From Octopus bimaculoides (lineage: Eukaryota), in contig NC_068993.1 in assembly GCF_001194135.2 (NCBI RefSeq), forward strand, positions 12,083,260-12,147,259: a DNA stretch of 64,000 bases, written 5' to 3'. The notes under the pieces were generated by a model that saw nothing but the letters and a program-made list of their open reading frames with translations, did not search any database and was not told where the DNA came from. The position numbers and the translations under genes were made by a program. Positions 12,095 to 25,255 of this stretch are shown in pieces; position 1 is the stretch's first letter, and every line of letters begins with the position of its first letter.

Positions 12095-14289
12095 TCATTA
12101 CTTTTGTCGTGGTCTCGGTGCTGTTATCCTCTCCATGAAGGACCATAATCAACGTATGGACCCAACAATATCAGCAGAAACGAGTTTCACCTTTTTATTA
12201 ATACCTGCTTGAAATAATAGTTAAGCCCCCTTTAAATCACACTCTTATCCTCTTGAAGCGGTGTGATATTGAATAATATGGTGCTGCACATAGAATATTG
12301 TGGATAGCACCGCCAGCAGCGCTGTCAATCCTAAGTCTGGTCAATTAGAGTTTCCTAGTGCTAAGCAGCTTCAAGAACATGAAACACCGCCATAGTTATA
12401 ACGTTTTCGATTAACAGCAAAATAAACGACAAAAGCAGTGAATGTAGCAAAGACAAATACAATAGCACCATGAACAACAGAAATGACATGAAACAGCATC
12501 ATCACTGAAGCCATTTCCCAAAAGAACAGCAACAACAAAAACAACGACATCTGTTATAGCCGCATCATCATAAACATCGTTATTAACGGTTTTATCTTAA
12601 GTATTATCAACATCAAAACCACCAGTTAAAACAGCAGTAACAACAGTGGTAGCAGAAGTAGTAGCAGCAGCAGCCGTATTAATACAAGGGAGAGTAGCAA
12701 CAGCGTCAGCGATAAAAAAAAAAACAAAACATCAGTGGCAACAACGACAAAAACATCATCGCCAATATCGTTATTATCATGTTTACCATCACCATTAACG
12801 GTTTACACACCACCACTACCACTACTAACACGACGACGAGGGCAGGGGCGACCCCCGCCACCAGCACCACCACCACCACCACTACCACGACGGTAACGAC
12901 GGCGACCACTACCGTCACCAACACAACCACCACCATATCGCCACCACTGCCACCACCGATATCATCAACAGTGGGAGCGATATCAGTAACTCTCCACAAG
13001 AACAGTTACAATACTGATGATAAAATGGCAATAAAATACAACAGGAAGTAAAAAATTAAAAATCACAAAGTATATGAAAGCATCATCAGCAGAGAGAGAG
13101 AGGAAAACAAAGTTGAATAATTGTAAAAGCATATCGTTATTAATAATAAACAGCGTTGTATGTAGATGGAGTGCAACGAGGTGATGACGTACAATGAGGA
13201 CAATAACAACAGCAAGAAATACTTCAGCAACAGTGGCTGTATACAACTGCTGCCTGGATAAAAATGGGCCATTTGGCAACATAAAGGCAAGGAGAAAAAT
13301 GAATGTAAAGCATGAATATTAAACATAAAAATAAGCAGCGTTAGCAGCAACGACAGCAACATTGACAGATATTATAGCCATCGATCGAAGACGAAAATAG
13401 CAAAGCTTAGCAACTACTGGGGAATATTAAAAGCCATTGCAAAGATAACAAGAATAATGGGAGGAATAACCTGAACGGTGTTAGCAACAACGACGAGAAA
13501 CAACAACGGTTCCGAGGGTAAAAGCAGAATTATTCGCAACTGTCATATTAGCTAGGAATTTCTCGCAATTTAAGGATGAGAGTAATATCAACGAAGGCAA
13601 CTAAATTAGCAACAATGACGAGAACAACAATTAGAGAACAGAATTAGCAAGAACTGCACGAACTAGGACATTAGCACCGATGCAACGATAGCAACAGTAA
13701 AGATACAAAGAACAAAATTAGCAGCAAATGACGAGAAATGACAATCATTGCAAGTACGCTAATGAGAAAATCAACAAATTGGCAAGGAGGGCTACGATTT
13801 TTAGATAAATAACAGCATCAAAATTAGCAACATTTGCAAAAGCAACAATCTTCGCAACAGAAAAGAATGAGGTCATTAGCATAAGTAGCAAAAGTAATTT
13901 TGGTAACAGGAGCAACAAAAGCATTGCAGGGGTGGCAAGAATAACCACAATAACGATATTTGCAATAATATCAAAGCCATCAGCAACTGCAATAACAAAA
14001 TTACTAACAACAGTAACAATAGCTGCAAACATCGTAAGTATAAGACCATTATCATGAGTATGACAACAACAACAAAAACAACAACAAGTACGCAAACAGA
14101 ATAAGAACAACAACGGTTTCTGTTTCTTTTTTTAAAATTTGTAACAAAAATATGAGAAGAAAAATCAGTAACTGCAACGAATAATAAGTCTACCACTACG
14201 TAGTAAATAACAGCCAAATATTCTCAGATTGGTATCCTTTCTTTAGTAAAAAGGACCCCTTAGACACTGCCAGGCCGGTGCCTTAAACC

Positions 14290-14512
14290 AAAACGGATGA
14301 AATAACACTAAACATTTCGCCAGGCGTGCTAACGATTCTACCATCTTACCGCTTTAACATCAACAATAATAGTCTTTTCTCTTATAGGTACAAGGCCTGA
14401 AATTTGGTTGGAGGGGAAGAGTCGATTATATCGACCCCGAAGGGATGAAAGGTAAAGTCGAACTCAGAACTTAGCGACTGGTGAAATATCGCTAAGCATT
14501 CTGCCACCTCGC
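14290..14512 (-). mobile_element. Two fragments of SINE family A
   Basis: CATTTCGCCAGGCGTGCTAACGATTCT (reverse of the tRNA head) and ATCGACCCCGAAGGGATGAAAGGTAAAGTCGAACTCAGAAC (reverse of the central domain and B-box). Confidence 0.75.
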
Positions 14513-14532
14513 TGCATTCTCAGCAACAGCAA

Positions 14533-14868
14533 TAACAAGAGCACTCAGAAAGTGCACCCTCCACCACCAAGACAGCACCAACGTCCTCTCAACGATTAGC
14601 CGGAGATGACTTTTTAAATGAGCTTATATGAAACAAACTCGACTGCTCTCAAAAATTAAGTAGAAAAACTAGAAAATTAATCTACAATCCTTGTCCGGTA
14701 CCAGATCAATCTCAAAACATAAGCAGTTCGTGTCAGTCACGAGGCCAAACATCCCTGAAAGGTTCATCCGGATCCATCCATCGGTTCTTGAGATATCTTG
14801 TCCAAGGACAAACAAATGTACACGACTGAAAACAATACCTCCGACTTCGCTAAGGCGGCGGCAGTAAC
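14533..14868 (-). mobile_element. Non-autonomous Helentron/HINE (DINE-1-like) element
   Basis: One end has ACCTCCGAC-TTCGCTAA-GGCGG, a subterminal repeat with an internal inverted copy (14837-14861). The other end has CCCTCCACC plus the palindrome GCACT-CAGAA-AGTGC (14541-14555) next to AACAAGA. This matches HINE architecture. Confidence 0.55.
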
Positions 14869-15439
14869 CACAGTTTAAGCAATGGTAAAGAAAAAGATTA
14901 TTGATTACGTTTATTATCATGGTTAGTTTCGATAACGACGGTGTCAACAACTCTAACTGAAACCATGAAGCCAACGCCAGGATATCGATACAGTAACTCT
15001 ACCGACTGAATGTAGCTGTTGAATCAACGTTTAATTCTTCCATCTTAGCATCTTAAGAAATAAGAAAGGACACAGGATACAATAGATAAGGAATTCATTC
15101 CATATAAAGAAGACAAGTAGAACACGAAGATGTGGAAGTAGTAGTAATGGAAGAAGAAAAAAACCGAAAAAGTAGTAGTAGTAGTTGTAGTGTAAGAAGA
15201 AAACTACACGAAAAACTGTAACAACAATTGAGATGATGCAATTGACAAAAATACTATAGATATTCGGAATGATAGAAGCGTAGCAGTAGCAACTACAGTG
15301 AAAAACCTAGCTTGAGTAATATTTCAGTTCGACCTAATAATTATAACAACCAAATCTCCTGCGAGTTACTCTCTGATTCCTCAAATATAGAGGGGAGGGT
15401 TACTATGCGAATTGTAGTCAGAAAATATGTTTTAAAAAA

Positions 15440-15860
15440 GAGGAAATTAGTCTTTTCTACTCTAGGTACAACGCCCGAAATTTTCGGGGAGGGGGCCCAG
15501 TCGATTAGATCGACCGAAGTACCCAACTGGTAATTATTTTATCGACCCCGAAAGGATAGAACGAAAAGTCGACCTCGGTGGAATTTGAAATCAGAACGTA
15601 AAGCATTTCGTCTGTCTTTACGTTCTGATTTCTTTATTGCTCACAAGCGGCTAAACATGAAGGGGACGAACAAGGAGAGACAAAAGGATTAAGTCGATTA
15701 CATCGAACCCAGTGCGTAAATGATACTTACTTTATCGACCCCGAGAGGATGAAACGCAAAGTCGACCTCAGTGGAATTTGAACTCAGAACGTAACGTCAG
15801 AGGAAATACAGCCAAGGATTTCGCCCGGACCGCTAACGTTTCTGCCAGCACGCGGCCTTA
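15440..15860 (-). mobile_element. Two adjacent SINE family A copies
   Basis: ATCGACCCCGA.AGGAT.....AAAGTCGACCTC.GTGGAATTTGAA.TCAGAACGTA occurs twice (~15541 and ~15735); the tRNA head ends near 15858. Confidence 0.85.
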
Positions 15861-16099
15861 AAATGTTGTAATGATATTGAATTAATAAATGTTCCACGCA
15901 TGAGTGAGAAGCACGATTTTGATAAGAACTAGCACAAAAAAAAAAATTCCGTCACCAATCTACCTTACTTAACCCTTCCTGTACTAATCCTGCTCATTCT
16001 TCACACTGCTACCATTATCAACTTCCACATTATACGCATAGATTTCTTGATGATCGGCGGAAGATATTGGCATTCTCATCGTCACAATTAAAACGTCGA

Positions 16100-17240
16100 G
16101 CTGCAAAAGTCGATTTGCACGCAGGCCAAAATGCTTAGCGGTATTTCGTCCGTTCCAAGATCAAATTCAACTGAGAACGATTTTTGCCTTTCATTCTTTC
16201 GGTGTCGGTAAAATGAGTACCAGTTGAATGCTGGTGTTGGTGTGATCGACTTGCTCCCTCTACTAAAATTCTACGCTCTCTTGCATATAATACAAATGAT
16301 TACTATCTTCACAATTGTCATAGTAATATTCCTTATTAATATTATATACCGTTCTAAGGCAGCGAGCTGGCCTAATTGTAAGCACGCCGGACGAAATGCT
16401 TATTAGTATTTCGTCCGTCGCTACGTTCTGAGTTCAAATTCCGCGGAGGTTTACTTTGCCTTTCATCCTTTCGGGGGTCAATAAAATAAGTACCAGTTGA
16501 AAACTCGGGTCGATGTAATGGACCCATCCCCATCCCCATCTGCTCCAAGCTGCCCATATGGCAAACATTTGAAATAATATTATATACTGTTATAAAGCTG
16601 GCAGAGTAATTAGCAACCAAGAAAAATGCTAGCTCATATTTCGTCTGTGTTTAGGTTCTGAGATCAAATTCCGCCGAGGTTAACTTTGCCTTTCATCCTT
16701 TTGGAGTCGATAAAATAATTACCTGTTAATCACAAGAATGAATATAATCGACGTTTCCCATCTCCCAAAAGAGCTGGCTTTCAGTCACAATTTGAAATCC
16801 AGCATAATATAATGATATAAAGGTTGTGAAGTGGCGGTACCGTAAGCACGCTGGGAAAAATGATTAGCGGCATTTCGTTTTTCGTCTTTCGTCCGTCATT
16901 ACTTTCTCATTTTAAATTCTTTTAGGGGTCGACAAAATACGTACCAGTTGATCACTAAGATCGATGTAATGGACATACCTCTCCCACAAAATTTCTGATT
17001 TTGTTCCAAAATTTGAAATCGATATTATATGCCGTTATAATGGCAACGAACCTGGAGAATCGTTAGCACGCCGGAGAAAATGCTTTGCGGCATTTCGTCC
17101 GATTTTACGTTCTCAATTTAAATTTCGCAGATGTCGAATTTTCCTTTCATCCCTTTCGGGTTGATAAAATAAGTAACAGGCTGGTCAATGGGACTGATGT
17201 TACCCTTCCCCGAAATGGTTAGCCTCGTGCCAAATTTAAT
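16100..17240 (+). mobile_element. Cluster of five head-to-tail SINE family A copies
   Basis: Units begin near 16100, 16357, 16594, 16822 and 17040. The best copy has an A-box-like GGCAGCGAGCTGGCC, B-box GAGTTCAAATTCC (16430-16442) and central GCCTTTCATCCTTTCGGGGGTCAATAAAATAAGTACCAG. Confidence 0.85.
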
Positions 17241-17838
17241 ATCGAATATATCGTTATTATAATCACCACCTTCATCATCATTAACGCCATCATGGTCATC
17301 ATCATCATCGTCACCATCACTAGTAACGACAATAACAACGTCACTGTTGACTTGAGTTTCATCAAATAATACTGGAGACAGTGGCGATTATTGACATTAA
17401 GCACACGATTCCAAAACTAACAGTAAAACAAATTAAAACAAATCTATATATAGAGCAAAAGACAAATAATATTTATCGTTGCTATGTTAAAACAACATGA
17501 ACAACACCAATAATAAGAAGTGTTAGACTATTTCAACACAAGCTGAAAATATATACTAAAAGACTACTTAAAGTAATACAACAATAAATAAATAATTTAT
17601 GGATACATTTCCTAAGTAGACTAGAAAATGCAAATACAAAACACAAAAATAAAATTTCAAATTTTGAAAATACAATATCAGATTTGGAGAATATCAAATA
17701 AATACTGAATTAAATATAATATAAAAATATAATTTTCTAACAAATTATTTTGTTTTTACCGTTTTCATATTTTGTCATATTTATATATTTGAACACTTTC
17801 CGTCACGTATTTAATTTATTTTTTCTGTGGGTGACATC

Positions 17839-17951
17839 ATGGAACAAACGGAATTTTACCAGAATCAAATTCTTATATTTCTTATAATCACTGTGTTTTT
17901 CAATTTTATGTTGTGTTCGATTTTACTATGTATCTCTCTAATCTCTACCAA
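17839..17951 (+). CDS. Candidate first coding exon with hydrophobic signal/anchor segment (unverified)
   Basis: ACATCATGG start context; open frame MEQTEFYQNQILIFLIITVFFNFMLCSILLCISLIST; AA|GTAAGT donor at 17952. No homology recognised, and T-rich DNA gives hydrophobic peptides by chance. Confidence 0.2.
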
Positions 17952-18294
17952 GTAAGTCAACAGAATGAGAGAATTGGGCGCAGCCGCTTGTATGCTGGCG
18001 ATTTGCCATTGCTGGCCTGACGTTGAAGTCAAATTCACATTGGCTAATTTTTGTTATTTTCGTAACAGTGCAACGTTGGCAGAGAAAGCAAACACACTGC
18101 GGCCGTAATATACATATACATATAGAAATATATATANNNNNNNNNNNNNNNNNNNNNNNNNNNNNNNNNNNNNNNNNNNNNNNNNNNNNNNNNNNNNNNN
18201 NNNNNNNNNNNNNNNNNNNNNNNNNNNNNNNNNNNNNNNNNNNNNNNNNNNNNNNNNNNNNNNNNNNNNNNNNNNNNNNNNNNNNNNNNNNNNN

Positions 18295-18640
18295 GACGGA
18301 GAGTAGGGAGAGGTGAGTTGGTAAACAAGCCACGTATAGCTACAACTTCTCCGACTCCAACCTTGCAGCATCTGTTGCAAGCCATGATGTCGATGCCCCT
18401 ACCGCAGAAGAGAACAAAATAAAAAGGATACAGGAGCCTATCAATTTCTGCCGTCGTCGTCGAGATGTCAGGTGTTCTAGGACCCTGCACTACCGATTGC
18501 CTTCGCAAAATAGGGTTAACGCCGGCGAGTCGCAGAAATAAGCTCCGCGATGTGGAGTAGCTGAAGAAGCGACTATCGCTGTCCATTCTCCACTGCAGAT
18601 CATACCATTTATTCTGGGATATGTGGGCCATCGCTCCCGC
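18295..18640 (+). mobile_element. Degenerate C-terminal restriction-like endonuclease region of a CRE-like non-LTR retrotransposon
   Basis: Across frameshifts: ATYSYNFSDSNLAASVA..APTAEENKIK / AYQFLP / VVVEMSGVLGPCTTDCLRKIG...DVE*LKKRLSLSIL. This fits the pattern WDATxxDTF..AA..AE..K..KY..F.PVAVETSGVLGP....FL..IG.....W L.QRLS. Confidence 0.65.
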
Positions 18641-18901
18641 GCCACCTTTTTTTCATTTTTAACTTTCGTTTCTTTTTCTTCCTTTAACTTTCTTGTTTCT
18701 TTTCTTTCCCGTTTCTTTTCTTTCCCGTTTCTTTTTGTGTAAATATTCGAATAAAATATTTCTGAACTTGTCAAAATTAAAAAAAATAATAATTTGTTGA
18801 TTGAAATCGACTGGCATAAACACCTTCGTTCTCCTCATACACGTACACCGTTTGCAGAAATCAGGGTCTACAATTTCTACAGGTTCTTAACACATATTAA
18901 T

Positions 18902-19001
<100 letters not shown>

Positions 19002-20886
19002 TCTCTCCTGTTCTTTGTCCGTGTTTACCACTCACAGCTCCAAAATTTGAATATACTGTCAGACCTAATTTCTTGAAGTACAGAAATTTATAATTACACA
19101 ATTTTTCTTTCTGACGTTTTGCCGCTATTTCACTAGCCATCATATACAACGCATAACACCAAAACGTGCTGGAAGATGTGAAAATATGTCAAAATAAGTT
19201 AAAATAAACTTTAAACGATGTTTATTATAATTAATTTCTTTCTTTATTTTATTTTACTAGTTTCAGCTCGAGAGCTACTACGACACTGTGGCATCGCCGA
19301 TTATACATTATTAATATAGAAATTTTACATCGGTAGAAGTTTAAATACTGAGACAGAGTTACAACACTTGATATCGAAAAAGCCACTTGCCTCTTACTGC
19401 CCTGAAAACAGTAACAGAAACGGTGACAGTGGATAGGTTTGAACCAAGAAACTAAAACGCCCGAAATAAAAATTTGGTTTTTTGATTTCGGTAAGAAAAT
19501 TCTTGAGCGGAACCGCTAGTCGAAATCCTCGACTGTAATACACGACTGTTGCTAAATTTTATCAGAATGCATATTCTCGGCAGTATTTGAACTTAGGACG
19601 TACATAATGGAAATTAAATAATACACTCCTATTAATTTAATAGTAATCGTCATTATTCTGCCCTGAAAAAAATTATTCCATTTTATATCATAATGATCAT
19701 TGTATATATATTAACATTAACTTAACAACTTGCAATTCAAAAGGCCAGTTTGTCATATTCTGAGTTACGCTTAATATCCTGAGAACTACATGAAAGGTAC
19801 GCATGTCTGTGAAGTGCTAAGCACTTGCACGTTAATTTCATTCGCAGCAAATGGAACCCACGTCGACGTAGCCGACGAAGTGATGCATATATATATATAT
19901 ATATATATANNNNNNNNNNNNNNNNNNNNNNNNNNNNNNNNNNNNNNNNNNNNNNNNNNNNNNNNNNNNNNNNNNNNNNNNNNNNNNNNNNNNNNNNNNN
20001 NNNNNNNNNNNNNNNNNNNNNNNNNNNNNNNNNNNNNNNNNNNNNNNNNNNNNNNNNNNNNNNNNNNNNNNNNNNNNNNNNNNNNNNNNNNNNNNNNNNN
20101 NNNNNNNNNNNNNNNNNNNNNNNNNNNNNNNNNNNNNNNNNNNNNNNNNNNNNNNNNNNNNNNNNNNNNNNNNNNNNNNNNNNNNNNNNNNNNNNNNNNN
20201 NNNNNNNNNNNNNNNNNNNNNNNNNNNNNNNNNNNNNNNNNNNNNNNNNNNNNNNNNNNNNNNNNNNNNNNNNNNNNNNNNNNNNNNNNNNNNNNNNNNN
20301 NNNNNNNNNNNNNNNNNNNNNNNNNNNNNNNNNNNNNNNNNNNNNNNNNNNNNNNNNNNNNNNNNNNNNNNNNNNNNNNNNNNNNNNNNNNNNNNNNNNN
20401 NNNNNNNNNNNNNNNNNNNNNNNNNNNNNNNNNNNNNNNNNNNNNNNNNNNNNNNNNNNNNNNNNNNNNNNNNNNNNNNNNNNNNNNNNNNNNNNNNNNN
20501 NNNNNNNNNNNNNNNNNNNNNNNNNNNNNNNNNNNNNNNNNNNNNNNNNNNNNNNNNNNNNNNNNNNNNNNNNNNNNNNNNNNNNNNNNNNNNNNNNNNN
20601 NNNNNNNNNNNNNNNNNNNNNNNNNNNNNNNNNNNNNNNNNNNNNNNNNNNNNNNNNNNNNNNNNNNNNNNNNNNNNNNNNNNNNNNNNNNNNNNNNNNN
20701 NNNNNNNNNNNNNNNNNNNNNNNNNNNNNNNNNNNNNNNNNNNNNNNNNNNNNNNNNNNNNNNNNNNNNNNNNNNNNNNNNNNNNNNNNNNNNNNNNNNN
20801 NNNNNNNNNNNNNNNNNNNNNNNNNNNNNNNNNNNNNNNNNNNNNNNNNNNNNNNNNNNNNNNNNNNNNNNNNNNNNNNNNGTCCT

Positions 20887-20935
<49 letters not shown>

Positions 20936-21693
20936 AGAAGAAGGATTTTGGATAATTCCTTTTAGCGCTTTCGTTCGATTATCGAACCTCTAAAGACAAG
21001 AACTAAAAGATATGTATGCATATATGCATATATGTATGTATGTATATATGTATGTATCTATGTATGTATGTATGTACGTACGTACGGGTACGCAAAATAG
21101 GTAAGCAGATATTTAAAGGATATGAAAGTAATTCTACAACAGTTATTAAATTTCAATGCCAGGGAATCAGTATCATTTCACTTGCTCTGTTAGATAGGGA
21201 CGCTGACTCTTAATACAGTGGGGATTAATAAAATGAAATATCCCCAACTTTGAAAATGTATGTCGGGGTAGATAGAAAAGACAGGATTGTCACTTTCGTA
21301 ACTTATCTTCTATGCCTGGTTAAACTTGGCTCACCTGCAGAGAAGAATAAAAAAGAAATACAAAATAAGTCATTATAATGGCAAAGTATGGAAGCAAAAT
21401 ATTAGCAACACAGATAATATAGCAGTAGCAGAGTTACATTAGTGAAATAAATATGTCACAATTGTTATGCTTTATTGAGCAACATTAATTATAGTGGAAA
21501 AGAAGATGGACAGAGAAAACATAACAAGAAAAATGGCTGCTGTCACTCTAGATTTTGGTGACCTGGTAGCCTCATAAATATTTTTCGACAAATAGTGCTA
21601 CATACAAAACTATTTCACTCATTTTTTCGCGCTCTCCATTTCTCACTCGACACCCATTTCCCGCTACTTTGTAATGTAGATAACGTATATATA

Positions 21694-21732
<39 letters not shown>

Positions 21733-22844
21733 ATACACATATGTTTACCTATATATATACACGTAGACATGTGTGTATATTTACATATATATGCATATAT
21801 ATATATATATATATATGTATATTTACATGCACATATATTTATACACGCACATACGTACACATATATATCTATACATGCATAAACGTTGTTATTTATAAGC
21901 ATCTGTCTGTACATATATAGAGAACTACATGAAAGTGTTACTTTAATGTGATCATATTCTCGATACGTATCCGTTGGCATCTGCGTGTACGTGAGCTCAT
22001 CTCGAATCTTTATGACGTATGTCTATGCTTTACTGAGTATACGAACGTATGATTATATTATTTCATATTACGTTCGCTGTGTTTAACACGTCTGCTTGTG
22101 GATGTGAATGTATATAACTGTAAATGTGCATTTATTTGTGAAAATTGTCTCTCTGGTCAAAAGGTGGCTTGTTGAAGCTTTTCACTCTTTGTGAGCTGAT
22201 TTTCATGTGTTAACATATATTTTTCCTAGAAGTGAGCATTTGTTATCTTTTCGGTGTGTATATCTGTCTTGTGTGTGTGTGTGTGTGTGTGTAATTGTAA
22301 CTGTACGTTCGAATGTAAGAGTCTGTGCTTCTGTGTCTCTGTACGTAAATGAGTGTGAGTGTGTGAGAGAGAGAGTGCCTGTGCATATGTTTCTGTGTGT
22401 GTGTGAGAGAGCGTGTATTTATGTGTTGTGTGTGTGCGCATGTTTGTGCTTGTTTATTTCTGTGTGTTTTGTTCTTTTCCGAATATATGATTCAACATTA
22501 AATCGTTATGGAAATAATTACCAGTTTGTAATTTTGAAAATTTCATCCACTTTGTCTAAAAAGTAATTTCTTAATGCGTGATAATCAATGATAAGAAGGA
22601 GGGGTAACAGGTTGGCGGTATCGTTAGAACATCGCTTCAAACACCTTGCATTATTTGCCTCCTCTTGTTACTTTCAGAGTTCAATTACTACCGAGAATAA
22701 CTTGCCGTACAGCATTTCTGTGTAGATAAAAAAAAATGCTACCGGTAAAATACGGTGGAAGATGGTTCATCGCACGTTATCAATCGAGACAACTTTTCTT
22801 TTCGAATTGGCTAAGTTCAAGTATAAAAGTTGTCAAACGATGGT

Positions 22845-22978
22845 TTCAAATTTTGCCACATGGGTCGATTACATTGACCCCAGTGTTCAACTGGTACTCA
22901 TTTTATAAACCCCCAATGAATCAAAGGCAAATTCGATCTCGGCGGAATTTGAACTCAGAACGTACGACGGACGAAAAG
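22845..22978 (-). mobile_element. SINE family A, partial
   Basis: GTCGATTACATTGACCCCAGTGTTCAACTGGTACTC...GATCTCGGCGGAATTTGAACTCAGAACGTA. Confidence 0.8.
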
Positions 22979-23326
22979 AAAAAGGTGTCAAATAATTACC
23001 AGAAAGACGTTGCGATGCAACCCATTATGGAAAAGAAAAAAAAATGTTATTGAAATCTGCCAGGGATCAGCTGATATGAAGAGCTGGAGGCAAAGGAAGA
23101 TGAAGAAAATGAAGTAATGGACGATTCAGAATTATAAAGAAAGGAGAAATTGTGACGGCAAAATAATTAAATAAAGAAACAAACAAATAAATAGATAAAA
23201 ATTAAAAGGCGACCATGCGCTCAAAGACACACATATGAATATGTCATACACATGCGTATGAGAAACATAGATATGTGTGTGTTTGCGTTTGCAGTGTGTG
23301 TACATGTGTTTGTGAGTATGTAAATA

Positions 23327-23358
<32 letters not shown>

Positions 23359-23969
23359 NNNNNNNNNNNNNNNNNNNNNNNNNNNNNNNNNNNNNNNNNN
23401 NNNNNNNNNNNNNNNNNNNNNNNNNNNNNNNNNNNNNNNNNNNNNNNNNNNNNNNNNNNNNNNNNNNNNNNNNNNNNNNNNNNNNNNNNNNNNNNNNNNN
23501 NNNNNNNNNNNNNNNNNNNNNNNNNNNNNNNNNNNNNNNNNNNNNNNNNNNNNNNNNNNNNNNNNNNNNNNNNNNNNNNNNNNNNNNNNNNNNNNNNNNN
23601 NNNNNNNNNNNNNNNNNNNNNNNNNNNNNNNNNNNNNNNNNNNNNNNNNNNNNNNNNNNNNNNNNNNNNNNNNNNNNNNNNNNNNNNNNNNNNNNNNNNN
23701 NNNNNNNNNNNNNNNNNNNNNNNNNNNNNNNNNNNNNNNNNNNNNNNNNNNNNNNNNNNNNNNNNNNNNNNNNNNNNNNNNNNNNNNNNNNNNNNNNNNN
23801 NNNNNNNNNNNNNNNNNNNNNNNNNNNNNNNNNNNNNNNNNNNNNNNNNNNNNNNNNNNNNNNNNNNNNNNNNNNNNNNNNNNNNNNNNNNNNNNNNNNN
23901 NNNNNNNNGGTAGGAGAAGGAGTGAGTGTTAGATTAAATAGCGATGCAGCTGTGTTTCAAAAGATAGAT

Positions 23970-24010
<41 letters not shown>

Positions 24011-24313
24011 TAGATAGATAGATAGACAGAGCGAATTACAGATAGACATGCAAACAGACACGTAGATAGAGAGCCAGAGAGATAGGGAGATGTTCAGTCA
24101 GACCGACGGATTGATAGGTAACAGAGAAATATAGATCGTTTTAGGAATAGGTAGATAGAAAGGTAAGTAGACTGGAAGATAGGTAGATAGATAGATATAT
24201 AGATGGATTGAGTAACAGATAGAAAGCTAGATAGACAAGCATGTATATATAGTCAAAGACTGAGACTAAATAACTAAAATAAACTGGCACACACATACAG
24301 ACTTTCACATAAA

Positions 24314-24360
<47 letters not shown>

Positions 24361-25024
24361 AACGGGTCAGAGTTGCAAATAAGTACATATATACATGTAT
24401 GTGTGCGTTTGCCTGGGTGCGAGTGTTTGTACAAACATAGACAACATGAAGAAAATGCTAGGAATAAGTGCAAAAATGTTCAAATGCTACAGGAAAAGTA
24501 TATAAACATATACATATATGGTAAGAAGGGCTACATTACAGCATGCTTGCTGCTATTTCTAGCAATGTATTTGTCTTGACAATCTTAATCATGTNNNNNN
24601 NNNNNNNNNNNNNNNNNNNNNNNNNNNNNNNNNNNNNNNNNNNNNNNNNNNNNNNNNNNNNNNNNNNNNNNNNNNNNNNNNNNNNNNNNNNNNNNNNNNN
24701 NNNNNNNNNNNNNNNNNNNNNNNNNNNNNNNNNNNNNNNNNNNNNNNNNNNNNNNNNNNNNNNNNNNNNNNNNNNNNNNNNNNNNNNNNNNNNNNNNNNN
24801 NNNNNNNNNNNNNNNNNNNNNNNNNNNNNNNNNNNNNNNNNNNNNNNNNNNNNNNNNNNNNNNNNNNNNNNNNNNNNNNNNNNNNNNNNNNNNNNNNNNN
24901 NNNNNNNNNNNNNNNNNNNNNNNNNNNNNNNNNNNNNNNGAAACAATTGTGATTAATAATAAATTTCTGCATTATTCCATCTCTTCCGTCTTTCATCTGG
25001 AATATAGATTAATGTGTGTGTATG

Positions 25025-25065
<41 letters not shown>

Positions 25066-25084
25066 CAGACATATACATAGATAG

Positions 25085-25128
25085 AGAGAGATCTTGATAG
25101 ATATATAGATAGATAGATAGATAAATAT

Positions 25129-25179
<51 letters not shown>

Positions 25180-25212
25180 TATAGATAGATAGATAGATAA
25201 ATATATATATAT

Positions 25213-25255
<43 letters not shown>

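Noticed and set aside
12779-13051. Thr-rich mucin-like ORF
   Set aside because: Derived from (ACC/ACG)n low complexity continuous with the surrounding simple repeats.
15440-17240. Regularly spaced repeats that might suggest a CRISPR array, or tRNA genes
   Set aside because: Units are ~200+ bp diverged SINEs with no short conserved repeat/spacer structure. The heads have A/B boxes but no complete cloverleaf.
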